From positions 4,216,001 to 4,280,000 of the forward strand of contig CM120649.1 in assembly GCA_051362555.1 (NCBI GenBank): DNA of 64,000 nt, written 5' to 3'. The translations under genes were made by a program, and so were the position numbers. This stretch comes from Lingula anatina. Its lineage: Eukaryota; Animalia; Brachiopoda. Below the pieces are notes generated by a model that had not been told where the DNA came from, searched no databases, and saw only the letters and a program-made list of their open reading frames with translations. Shown piece after piece: positions 51,361-64,000 of the stretch; within the stretch, counting starts at the first letter, position 1; every line of letters begins with the position of its first letter.

Positions 51361-54300
51361 ATGGAGTTTGATGTGCTTCACCCCCAGCTGGTCCACATTG
51401 GTGGACGGTGTTACAGAAAGTACTCCACAAATGCTGCCAGCAGAGAGGAAGATGAATACATCCGTCCATATCAAGAAGAAGAATGTAATCTTTGCTCCTT
51501 TTTTATTTACTTTTATTGATTCAGAATTAGTTTAATTACATTTAGTTAATGAATAATGTTGTTGGGCCAAGACTAGTACATGTATACTAGTAGCTTAATA
51601 ATTGACCTATGAAATGTTTTCTTTTGGTATTTACTATTCTTGACCATGGTTGATCATGTTAGAAGTTTAATCTTACATTTTTTGAACTTTTAGAAATTGA
51701 AAGGTACACTTACTCAATGAGATTAAGCTGCCAAAATGGATTTTTGTAGGCAAATAAGCAATTTTCTTGTACTCACAAATCATTTAGCTATCCCCCTCTG
51801 CACTTGGATTCAACTTTTGATAAAATTTATAAAGGTTGATTTTAACTCAAAATGCCTGGCCAATCATTATAACAGATACCATTTTCCTATAAGCTCCAAT
51901 GGAAATATCAACATCATGTACGCTCCAGAAAAAGGGGTTACTATAGTACTAAAGCATTTTTAGGTCTATGTAAGGTTTTATAAGAAGCTGTGGATGCCAA
52001 AAATAAGAATTTTGGGATTTTCAAACCCATGTAGTGTACCTTTAACCAGTCAATTATCAGCATTCATAATTGTAGACACTTTGTTTGCACTGTACTGGTA
52101 GTGATCAATATATCCTGCCATATTACTGTTTGCAAAGATGGAGTCGTAGCTGTCCACATTTATTGGTAAAACTTAATTCCTGCATTCTGAAAATTAACTA
52201 CTTAAAGGGATAATAACTATTCGTTTCAGCCAAAAAATGAATTTTCCTAGAGTAAACAACAATTTTCCCATACTAACCAATGGTTAATGAATCCATTTTT
52301 ACATTCAAAGTTAGTCCCTGTTTTTTTTCTAAAAGATTTGGTTTTTTCTTAAAATCTCTTAAGAGATTTTAACAGAGTAGAGCCATCAATGGAGGTCACG
52401 TGGTCTAAAGACAAGCTCAGATATCAGTAAAAATAGCTATAACTGCCGTTTTTGTGGTAAAACAGAATACATTATATTTCTATGAGTTATTCACAATGTT
52501 TTTATTGTGAAATATAGATCTCATACGAAGAGTTATTATCCCTGTAAAATTTTTTGAAAAAATTTGACATTATTTTTTTTTAAATAATAAAAAGATAATT
52601 TCTTTTTTATTTCACAGATGATGACAGGGATGTTTACTGTGATGAAATTGTTTTTTAAAATAATAAAAAGATGATTTCTTTTTATTTCACAGATGATGAC
52701 AGAGATGTATACTGCGATGAAATCTGTGGTGTTGATGTCAATGTTGAACAGACAGAGAAGGGCTACAGATCCAAAATGGATGTACCCAGTGCATATTTCA
52801 AGTAAATTATTTTCCTTTTTTCCGTTTTCATGTGAGAGAGTGTCGATCTTTGTATTTCCAATTTGGAAAAAACTCAGTGAAAAGAAAGCCAGTTTATAGT
52901 CAATCTTAATTACAGTGCAGATATGATTCTTTTTGTTGAAGATAACAATTTGAAGAATTTTCTTACTAAAAAATAAAAAGACAGAAAGAAAAAGTTAGTA
53001 TAAATGGTAATTTTTCTAAGGATTATGTATTTGGTTTACTTTGGGGATCAAGGTAAATTTGTTAAAATTTCTTGGAAAATTACAATTTTGCAATAAAAAG
53101 GTCTTACATTTATTGTGTGCCTTAATTTTATTATTAAATGTTCAGATTTATCATCGGCAAAAAGGGTGAGACAAAAAGGAAACTGGAGTACGAGACAAAG
53201 ACACAGATTAGAATACCAAGGCAGGGACAGGAAGGAGACATAGGTATAAAAGTGATCATTTGCCACATATTTATTTTTTATTCAGCAAAAGCACAACTTA
53301 AATGGTGGCTTTGGTGGTCAGATATGGCAACCAACTAAAAAGTATACTCTGAGGATCAAATATGGTGACCCACTAAAAAACTTGCCATCTAATCCGCTAA
53401 TAGACAAGGAATAGATGTCCCATGGGGAAGTATGCAAGTGGGTTGGCTATATTTGATCCTAGGACTAGTTAGTCCACTTTTCTGAATGCGGCCTTTGACA
53501 TAACAATATACAGTAGATTACAGTATGATGTAGTCATCACCAGCATCAAAGCTCTGCCAAATTTGATATTTTTGCTTTCCTTTTTATGCAAAATTTTGTA
53601 ATTACACTTTCTTCAAACAATTGCTACTCTTTAGAGAAACCGTATCTTAAACCAAGCAGATTCTTTTTTGGAACAGTTTTGATATATGTTTGTCTGTCCA
53701 TTTGACAGCATTTGCTGCCTATTTTCAGTAATCCATGGCCAAGACAGGAAAGGAGTAGTGTCAGCCAGAACAAGGATAGAGGTAATGGTGGATAGCGCCA
53801 GACAGAGGCTGCCATTCACCCACTTTCTCTCTCTCCCAGTGAATGGACAGAAGATTAAAGACGCTTTCCTGGATTTTAAGGCAGATGTTCTGCGTGAATG
53901 TGATGGGGTAAGTAGGCTTGTGTGCATGTGTATGTGCACACGCACAACTTTCTGCATGTGTTTTTGCACGTTTTTGCACCCCCCCCATTTTAGAGGGCGA
54001 ATGGTGCATGCATGTGTGTGCGCACACATCTTTGTGTTTTTTTTGCACGTGTGTGTGCGTCTGCATGTATGACTGATGGTTTGCATGTTTGTGTATACAT
54101 TTATGTGTATCCATACATGTGGATGATTTTGTATGAATCTTCATGTGTGTACATGTTACATACATGTTACATACATGTACACTGTATGCATATGTATGTG
54201 TATGTATAAAAAGTTATTTATTTATTTCTTAAATTTTAAACTATTGTTTCTCTCCACAGGACAGAGGCATTGTACCCGCAGTTTTCCAGAACCCAGATAA

Positions 54301-56518
54301 ACTTCACTTGACGCTAGGCATCATGGCACTGATGAATGGGACTGAGATTGTCAAGGCAACAGATCTACTGCAGCAGTGTAGGGAAGACCTTGTCAAGTGA
54401 GTCGGGAAGAGTGAAATTTTTATCTCTGAATCAGTACAGAGGCAGATCCAGGATTATTTGAAGTGGGGGTGTCCGGTTTGTGGGAATGACAGGAAGCAGA
54501 TGCCCAAAAATGTTTTTTGCCCCCCTTAATCCGCCACTGCAGTGACTGGCGTCAAGTTGATGGACGTCAGAGCTGATCAAGAGCACTTGTGTCAAGAGCA
54601 TACTGGGATGTATAGAAAGAAAGAAAAAAAACTGATGTCACTGCATGTGTCAGGAAGGACAGATTAAATACTTTAGATCCACAAAGATTTGCTTGTATAT
54701 TGTTAACTTTATTGAAAATCATTAATACACCAAGTGCTTGGGGGCATTTTTTGATTGGATGGGAGGGAGATTGTAGCATTCAGGAAAGAATTAGCCAGAA
54801 GGTTGATTCTCAGCCCCTCTCGTTTCCTGCACTTTAAGACTGACTTGGTTGCTACTTGGATGTTGGTGAATTTCCATTTCCAGTGCTTCGTAAAAAACAA
54901 GCAGCAAATTGTTGGTTTGAAAGTTTTGATTTTTTGAAAAATTTATTTCTGAAATGTGTTTCTCCTTTTTTGCTCTCATTTCAGTCCAATACTAAAGGGA
55001 GAACCTCTGGATGCTATAATTCAAGGTCTGGAGTATATGAACGACGAGCCAGGAAAAGTTAATGTCCTATATGCTAATGTCATGCTGCAAGATGGAAGTG
55101 ACAGGTAAAAATCTTGTTAATCTTTTGAAAAAAGATTTAAAAAAAAAACTACAGTGATGATGTTACAGCTGATTCTTATGAAGAAATAATACAATCTTGT
55201 TTAAATATGTGTTAGATGCTGGTTTTATTTGAATAAATTTTGTGTTGATACGGGGGGGGGGGGGGATATTGGAATTAAACGTACACTCTGTCGGGCAGAT
55301 ATTGATATTTTTGAGGGAGGTTTTGATAATTCTTGTGACATTTTCCTTGATGTAAAATGTAAAATTGTCCATGGTTATTCATCGAAACAATGCGTCCTAG
55401 TGTGTTTTGCAAAAATTATAAGTTTTTATTTAATTTTATTCCTCCTGAAGATACAAGTAGCTCATTGTCATCTAGCTGTTATAAGTCTTCATGCAAAATC
55501 TTAAAATTTGAGATTTTGTACAACATGGTATTGTTAAATAAAGTAACATTAGGTACAGAAATTACTCAACTTAGAAAAAAAAAACTATTTTATTATTTAA
55601 ATTTTAATAAATGGTTGCAATATATTTTGTATACTTTGTCACATATTTTACTTTGTCTTTCAGACTTCAGGTACTGGCAGACAGAATTAAGGACAGATTC
55701 GTTTCAGCAGGCTTACTTAAAAAGGACAGATACGAACGGGTTAAGCTGCATGTGACACTTATGAACGCAAAGTTTATTGGAGACGCTCATAAAGAGATAG
55801 CGTCAAAATCCCAGGATGTACGACAGCAGGAACAGCTTCAGTTTTCTGGTGAAAGGGAATACTTCGATGCCACCAATGTGTTAAGAGTAAGTCATGGAGG
55901 CCCTTACGAAAATTTCCTATAGGAGTCTGTGAAGGCATAGAGGACTCTATGGAATCTGCCACTCTATTGGAATTCTGTCAAATGTCCTAAATGAAACTTA
56001 TGTCCCATAGGTTCCTAAAGGATTTGGGGTTAATTTCTTACATGACATCCCATAGGAAATTTCTGTAAGGGGGATGTTTATCAAATGTGTAAATGTCATA
56101 TAAAAAGATTTTAAGCATACGTCATAATAGTCATGTGGACATTTGTGTACATATCTAATAGTATTAAATATTTATTGAAATCTGTTCTTTTTTTTAAGAA
56201 ATCCTTGTACATTCCATTTAAGAGTTTGTCTCATTGTTTTTGTTTGTTTTTTTCGTTTTTACCTTGTTTCTCATTTTAAAGAAATTATGCTTAGAAGATT
56301 TTATTGATATTAGGTGATCGATCAGTTGAAAGCAAATAATCTTTTTATACATTTGTTAGGCTTACTTAACTGTACTTAATTTTAGGTTTCTTCTTTTCTA
56401 GATGTTTCGTGACTACAAGTTTGGGGAACATCTAATAGACAGCATTCACATATCCCAAAGAGGTTTTTATGACAAAGATGGATATTACGCAGCAGCAGCC
56501 AAAGTGCCTCTAACATAG
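51361..56518 (+). CDS. ASCC1: Activating signal cointegrator 1 complex subunit 1 (KH plus 2H-phosphoesterase domains)
   Basis: Exons 51361-51484 (MEFDVLHPQLVHIGGRCYRK), 52693-52801, 53146-53243 (FIIGKKGETKRKLEYETKTQIRIP, KH GxxG), 53729-53907 (PFTHFLS), 54260-54396 (FQNPDKLHLTLG), 54985-55104 (GLEYMNDEP), 55664-55886 (VKLHVTLMN) and 56402-56518 (IHISQR...*). Two HxT motifs. Confidence 0.95.
52202..52547. mobile_element. Kolobok-like MITE, inverted copy of 11812-12183
   Basis: TTAAAGGGATAATAACTATTCG...CGAAGAGTTATTATCCCTGTAA. Confidence 0.7.
53918..54207. repeat. Degenerate TG/TGCA/TGTA microsatellite
   Basis: Directly visible low-complexity tract in an ASCC1 intron. Confidence 0.7.
55901..56071. 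mobile_element. Small MITE with CCCTTAC ends
   Basis: CCCTTACGAAAATTTCCTATAGGA / TCCCATAGGAAATTTCTGTAAGGG, 14 bp after an ASCC1 donor site. Confidence 0.6.
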
Positions 56519-57523
56519 CACTAGTGAAAAAGATGCTTCTTTTATGCCATCAAATTTGTAAAGACCATTATCAAGACGCGACTGGACAGGATGTGATGTC
56601 ATCTAGACATAATCGTACATTTTCCATAAAATGCATTGAAATAAAAGTTTAAAACACATTGCATACATTAATTAAATATTAACAGTGCACATGCAATAAA
56701 AGGCTTTGAAGGTAAAGTCCACTTCTCTTAACATTGAAATAAAAAGTCTGGTTTTAGTGAAAGTTGTATATTATTGTTTTCAAAAGGCCAGTGAAATTTA
56801 ACAAGAGTCATAACTTTTCCAACAAGTTTATTTAAACAAATGTAGATATTACTTTTCCTGCCCCAAATATCCATGAACTCTGGAACTTTGGGTGCTATAG
56901 AAAATAGAGGCTAATAATAAATGTGAGTCTTAACATAACCCTGAAACCCAGAGTGTCAAAAATGCACTAAAATCACAAACAAACTGAAACTAGATCTCAA
57001 TGTTCTGTTTTTGGAAACCAAACACCAGTATAGGCAGTGCAGTTAGCTATTACAATGCAAGTTACTGACAAAAAAAGTATACCTAAGATTTGACTCTTAC
57101 ACTCATCTTAAGATTCTTTAAAAAAAAAATTCTTATGCTGCTAGTATATTTTAAATTTAATTTTGTCTATTGTATATGGTCCTTATATAGTGTTATTTAA
57201 TATAAAAGCCAGTTATCCAGTCCACAAAAAAAGATGGACAACATTTTCAGCTCTGAGCCTTCAAAATTAAGTTTGTGTTTTCACTTTGTGAGCACAAATA
57301 TAGATAAAAAATATATATAAATTGACAAAATATCCTGTATCTTAGAACAGCAGGCAACAATTTGCACTGAAATATATTACATAAATATAAATTTTCCAAT
57401 CGACCCTTCACCCATTAATTGCATTTTACAAAGGCTTTGGATATACTGTGTAGTTAACCTTTCTATAAAATTGCCAGGAATTTTTTTCTTTTTTAAGGCG
57501 CAAAATTCGTGTACCTTTAAAGC

Positions 57524-59921
57524 CTAATTGATCAAAGGCGTTCTCTCGTCACTTTCATCATGTTCATAATTCTCAGCTATAACACTCCGTGATTCCTGTC
57601 TAGATGCTTTCTTGCCGTTGATACAACCAATCAACTGCATAGTTACCGTTACCAAGACGCAAAACCCAGCACTCCCCGTTGTCAATAGCAACACTGCTCG
57701 ACCACCGTAATGTTCGTAGAGATGACCTGCGGCCAGGGTGCCTGTAAGGTCACCCATACTTATCCCAAAGTCCATCAATGACATAACGCAGCCTGTGACG
57801 TCCAGATATTTGTCTGCCCAGGCGATGCACAGAGGAATCATGGGACTGTCTACAGTAGCGTAAAGGCTGGAAAGAACCCAAAAGTAAACAAAACTCCAAT
57901 TCAACGATAAATATATGCCTGTCTGGGCCCCAACATTCAATAAAACTCCCAATATTAACAAAATGTCGAGCCGGACAAACTTGGCGAAGACTATTCCAAT
58001 TAATCTTCCCACTGCAATTGTTGCATAAAGGGTAGTATTAAATATTATGGCAGTAGGTTTTGTGAAATGCATCTCGTTCACTGCTATGGTGAACATGTAG
58101 TTATTAGTTGCGCCCGCTTTGCAGACATCCCCGACCATAAACAGGAAAAGCAGGCCCAGAAGCTGTATGCCAAGCACTTTATTTCCTTGTGCACAGGAAG
58201 CTGGATTAACAATGTCCTTGACATGTTTTTCTTCACGACAGTCTCGACTTCGTGGCGACAAGTCTAAATGAACAATTCTGGAATGAATGTAGAATACGTA
58301 GAAAATGACAGACGTGAGAAGACAAATCCCCCCGATAATCCCATATGTGTACTGGATATGTGTCTCACTGCAATGGACATCAGAGTCATATCTCTGGTAC
58401 CCCGCAGAAGGGCTTAGATATCCATCATGTGGATGCAGGGTACCATTTGTGTTATTGGTACAATGGGAAAGAAATGGCCCAGCGATTAACGGGGCGCCCA
58501 GAGCTCCGAGTCCGAACCCCATGTGGACGGCTTGAAGTGGCGCCGCAGCTTTGTCATCCCACATTGCAATCACCATGGCATTCCCACCTGTAAGGATAAA
58601 AATTTATGATCACTCTTCCTTAGACAACCTATTTTTCTATTCAAAAGCCAACTGAGACATGAATAAGAGTGAATTTGAAAAATAGCACAAGGTTATGTAA
58701 TATACTTGAGAATAAAAATTCTTCAGCAGGATGGGAGGCATACCAGTACTAGTGCAGTGGCTTCATAATTTGTACAGAATTATGTGGGCAAGACTAGAAA
58801 AATTACTGCCTTGCTTTCCTTGGCTAATACGGAAGAAAATATGAAAAAGAGCAGGTGGGCAGAAATACCATTACACTTACGGCACAAGGATGAAAAATTG
58901 GCTTTGTCTCGTTTCCTCATTATACAGGTTTGGGGGAGAAGAGGGTAATGCCCAAATTCAAGGCAGGGGGTAGACTACACCAAGTGCACTAACCTCGTCG
59001 TCAATCTCCCTAGATCGACCTGCCATAGACATATTTCTTTACAATATTCAATAAATGTATAGTCATATTACCTGCACTAAGTGACCCATGACTTAGCCCC
59101 TGCCCAAAAAAGCACAGCCCTAGCACTACCAGCCCAGGAGCCCATGGAATTGCTGCTGTAGATCCCGCTAACAAAAACAGTGCTGTTGCCAATATAAAGT
59201 CCACATGGTGGTTGAACTTATCACAGAGAAATCCTCCAGCAAATGAACCAATTATTATACCGATGCATCGTACAAGAGCAGCGTGCGACAGTTCTTCATA
59301 GTTGACGTGAAGATGATGGATGAGGTCAATTAGTGTTGGACCAAGGACTAGGCAGTATAAACCCTTGAAGCAACGAGAAAAAAGTAGGTGTATGTAAATA
59401 CATGTACTAGTACTACAGAAATATAAATATCAATCGTAAAAATTTGTAGCATACAACTGCATGGTACTACATCTTGCATTATGAATGTCTTGACACAAAA
59501 TCACATAAAAAAACAATTAACACTATAGAATCTATTTTGTTTACATGCTTCAATGGCAGACCCACGGTGTGCATAACTTGCAGGGATCAACTCTCCCCCC
59601 CATACACACACACAAAAAGACAAAAAAAAAAACATCATAAACAGCACCAAGCATATTCCACTGTATTAATTTTACATTTACTATTTTTCTTTACAACAAG
59701 TGTCTTAATGTTCTATTTGTCTTGCTTTATCTCTACATGTATCTTTTATATATACTGTAGTGTATTTAAAAAACTATCATACTTACCATGCTTACCCATA
59801 TTAATACCATGCAGCCTGTCTTAGCTACACGGTAGCAGTTGAAGGAAGAAACAGCCAGGGAATCTGATAAACCATCTGAAGTTGGGGCAATATGATCTTC
59901 TGTGTTGGATTTGCTTTCCAT
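57524..59921 (-). CDS. Major facilitator superfamily transporter, MFSD4/NAGLT1 (sodium-dependent glucose transporter 1)-like
   Basis: Exons 59921-59787, 59363-59072 (GLYCLVLGPTLIDL...GSFAGGFLCDK) and 58587-57524 (LQAVHMGFGLGALGAPLIAGPFL...). Many hydrophobic segments; GPTL.DL and LQ..H..FG.GA...PL motifs fit the MFSD4 family. The start codon is inferred. Confidence 0.85.
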
Positions 59922-60021
59922 ACTTCCACTGGTGTTTTCATCTTTAAATAAAAACAGAATAAATATAAGGTAAATAATAACGTTTATAATTGAGACAGAA
60001 AGTCTTTTTAATTAACCTAAT

Positions 60022-60244
<223 letters not shown>

Positions 60245-61014
60245 TCAAAAATATGTAAACATAGAATAATTTGAATAATTAATTTAATAATAATTTCCGT
60301 ATTATATTGTCCTGTTTGATAATAATTTAAATATAAATTCTTTAATACGTACAGTACTATCAATTAACGCATCGTTTTTATCAAATTGTATAACATAACA
60401 TTTGACTTATCAGTGTAGGATTAATACCACTCACGTCATTATGTTTTCATTGTCACAATATTAATTAAAAGACGGTGAAAAGACCCCGGTCCTAAATGAG
60501 TAAATCTTCACTGTACATCACAGACACGTACAGTACATGTACATGTAGTAAAAGAAATAATGACGTGGAAAATGAAAATAAAAATAAAGAAATAAATAAA
60601 AACGCTCAGATTGCAATTAACTGCACACAGCCGTTCTGTTGTGTATGGTAATGCACTGTGGTAACTATTACTTGTGGACTTCAGCACTGCCACTGTACAA
60701 TATCTATATAGTCTACTCACGAAATGCAGCTGACTTGCGGTTAAATCTACATGTACATACGTGCAGCATATATACAAGCACCGACCTCGTTGGACTGCTC
60801 GGCTGTTCATAAATTACGGCTCAGCGACTCCACATTATGCAAAGCACTATTTTCAATTCAAGAAGAGAACATGTCTTGTCAACTTTTGGTGTTGATATTA
60901 ACAAAAAAGTAGTTTCGTTTTTATTGCAATAAATATGTGTAAAAATAAATCAGGAAAATAATAGCAGCAGAGGTAACTAATGTTGTGAAAAGGTTTCAGG
61001 TAAATATACAATTG

Positions 61015-61150
61015 ACACGATTGGTGGAAATTAACTAGGTCAACCAATCAGACACGAGAACAGCGGCTTCCGGTGTATGTGAATTTCAATTCAAACAACG
61101 TGTTTCGGCGAATGCAATGTTGATATTCTAGCGAAAATATTTCGCCACCA
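61015..61150 (+). promoter_or_regulatory. Cell-cycle-type promoter of cyclin B3 (divergent from the MFS gene)
   Basis: Two CCAAT boxes (GATTGG ~61019, CCAATCAG ~61044), ETS-like CTTCCGG (~61067), CHR-like TTCAAA (~61090) and E2F-like TTTCGGCG / TTTCGCCA. Confidence 0.55.
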
Positions 61151-61350
61151 TTGTTTTGGTCTTCAAGTACATTTACAACGGATATTTTAGCTACTTATCG
61201 ATCCCAGCTATTGATATGATTGATACGGGAAAGATGGGGCTGCAAGTTTAACCAGGAGAGGGCGAAAACTTGCAGGTTTTTTAAACTTCGCATATTTGTC
61301 ACTGAGTTAGTTGAACAATTATTTTTTGAAAACATTAACCAAATAGTAAT

Positions 61351-63402
61351 ATGACATCGAGAAGAACATTTTTGAGACCTTTAACTACAGACCAGCTGGG
61401 TCAAAAGACGTCAAAACAGGTAAGCATTATCTAAGGGAATTGCATATATGTATTTTAAATTCAAATTGACTTCAACCTTATTGCAGTTGCCATAACCGAT
61501 TTACAGTTGGGCTCTGTTTACCGTAATACTTGTGTTTTCCTCATATTTATGGGGTTCTGGTCTAAATATGTTTTTACGCATAAGAAGTATGTGATTTTAG
61601 TAAAGTATTGTAACAAAAAAAAATTTACTAGACTGAGCATCTCCATTTTATAAACCAAATGTTCTACTAGTACACACACACACACATATATACATACTAA
61701 TATACACATATAAAATGAAAAAAAAAAAATCACTTGGTGTCGTTCAGGTTCACTTTGACAAAGCAGCAACAGCAGGAAGCAAGCGGACAGCTGAGGGATC
61801 ACTGGCGGAGCAGAGCGTGGGGCCAAAGAAAAGAACTGCCTTTGGGGATCTTACAAATGTATTTTTAGTTTAATTTACTATTTAGAACCATTTCCTTATA
61901 ATTTATCTATATTGTCATTTAATTGTAGTCAAAGTATTAGAAGGGATTGACAGATTTTCTGTAAGTGTCAGAAACTAAGTTTCAAGATATTAGAATTGCA
62001 TCTTTTGCATGGTTTTAAAAGGTTTTGTTGTTTATATTCATTTTATAAATTGATCAATTTATTTTTTTTTTTTGATCTGACATGCAAATGTTTTCTACTG
62101 CTTGCCCTGAAACATGTAACCTTATTTATTTTTACAGCAGATATATCATATTCTTTGTTTTCAGGCCAAAGAAAAGAAACACAATGGGCTTTCAAAAAAG
62201 CCTGTTCTAAACAAGACAACCAAAGGTCTTATGGTCAAAAACAACAAAAAAGCCACCGTACTGCTAGGAAAGCAGAGAACAAAAATCACTGACGATTCTG
62301 GCGAGACGATAGACCTAACCCAGGATTCTCAGTCCAGTTCACAAGAAAGTAGTGGCAGTAGTAGCAGGTGAGTAGAGCGCCATCTGTTGGGAATGCTGGG
62401 AACCATTAAACAAAACATTTTTAGGATTTGAATCAACATTGTTAAGACATAAAGAAAATGAATGTATTTGTAAATAGTTAAATACATATGGATGAAGATT
62501 ATTGGTAGGTAAGTTAAGCAAAAGATTTTCATTGTCTCTTTCGTAATAATGGTGTTCATGTTGAAATATGCCTCCTGGGTAAAACACAGATTTAGTTCTT
62601 TTACTTCTTTATAAACAATCTTTTTTAGTTAAAAATGTAATCTTCGTATTTCAGTGACTCTGAAATTGAGTTTCTGAACAAGAAAAATGTTCAACTCTCA
62701 CAAGAAATAAGACCATCAACAGAGGAGAAGGTAAAGTAAAGAAGTAAAAGCTTATACATTTTTTCAATAACCAGTTCTTCTCCTTTATATCATAATTCAC
62801 TATTAGTATGACACTGCAATTGAATCTGAATTCATTATCTGTATAAAACGGACACTGAGACTTAAATTGTGACTTAATACAGACATTATGATGTTAAAAT
62901 ATGATACATCAATATATTATAATTGTGATATGTCGCTATGCTTTGTCATGACTACCTCCATGCCCAATACCAGTAAAATTGATAAGACAAAATATCAGGG
63001 ATATCAATGAACTCGACATAATTTCACCATGGGGAGTTCAAGACAACGCCCTTCATATCAGCTTTTGGCCAGAGGATTCTGCGCCAAGGTGAGCTGAGGA
63101 GGTCAGTAGGCTGAACAGATTTTTGGCATAGATGGATGTTCAATGTTGTTTATTTTTTAACAGGTGCCAGATGACATCGATGATGTTGATGCTGAAAATC
63201 GGCTGAACACATACGAAGTGCCGCTTTATGTGAGGGACATATTTGAGTATTATAAACAAAGAGAGGTGGGTGTTGTTTTATGTAGAAAAGTTGTTGAAAA
63301 GGTTTCTTGTTAGTGAGAAGGACCATTGAGTTTTCAAAAGATAAAAGAAAGATGAAATTCACTTGCTATGGTCAAAATTATAGCTCAAAAACAGTTTGAT
63401 GG

Positions 63403-63448
<46 letters not shown>

Positions 63449-63821
63449 CAGTTCTGATAGGGTCCACTGAGAGTTTTTTCTTTCCCCTTTTTTCCATAAA
63501 AAACCTTACGAATTTGTGAAATTTGGATTGCCTGTTGCTGAATCTTGACATATATAAATATGAATATATACATATGTTAATCCAATTTAGGAGAAGTTCA
63601 TGGTATCTGGTTACCTTGACAAACAATCTCATCTCACTACAAACATGCGTGCCATACTGGTGGATTGGCTTGTTGAGGTGCAAGAAAACTTCGAGCTGAA
63701 CCACGAGACACTGTACCTGGCCGTCAAGCTGGTCGATCTCTATCTGACCAAGGTCGAGGTCACACGGGAGAATCTCCAACTGGTCGGGTCAACGGCAATG
63801 TTTATCGCAGCGAAATTTGAT
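61351..63821 (+). CDS. CCNB3: Cyclin B3, first six coding exons (continues beyond the window)
   Basis: Exons 61351-61419, 61748-61858 (D-box RTAFGDLTN), 62165-62367, 62655-62730, 63164-63265 (YVRDIFEYYKQRE) and 63591-63821 (MRAILVDWLVEVQENFELNHETLYLAVKLVD). The RxAF D-box and QENFELNHETLY are typical of cyclin B3. Confidence 0.93.
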
Positions 63822-64000
63822 GTAAGTTGGCACAGCATGTCTTAGATTGTTGTATGTGCATATTGACAGACCTACGAGTAGGACAGGTGTTTGCATGGGA
63901 ACGGCAGAGATATTCCCCTTGTCATTAACAACAAAAACAAAAAAGGAGAGAAAGAAAAGACAAAACCAAGCAATTTCACATCACTGCACCCTATACACTG

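Overview
AT-rich, intron-containing animal (invertebrate-type) genomic DNA. I built seven protein-coding gene models by hand from GT-AG splice sites and reading-frame phase: the 3' end of mitochondrial EF-G1 (GFM1, +), two tandem and strongly diverged profilin paralogs (+), TFIIF beta (GTF2F2, -, with a 21-nt microexon and a 16.3-kb last intron), ASCC1 (+, head-to-head with GTF2F2), an MFSD4/NAGLT1-like transporter (-) and the 5' part of cyclin B3 (+). Non-coding space holds many non-autonomous DNA transposons (Helentron-associated HINE-like elements with internal tandem repeats; Tourist/Harbinger-, Kolobok- and hAT-like MITEs) and microsatellites. The most notable observations concern splicing. 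The same HINE 3' terminus abuts a 3' splice site in two unrelated genes. Duplicated decoy splice acceptors lead to premature stops in GTF2F2 and ASCC1. Both profilins share a donor site just after the stop codon. I found no CRISPR array, tRNA, rRNA or autonomous transposase, and nothing here establishes a wholly new biological system. All calls come from reading the sequence; no searches were run.
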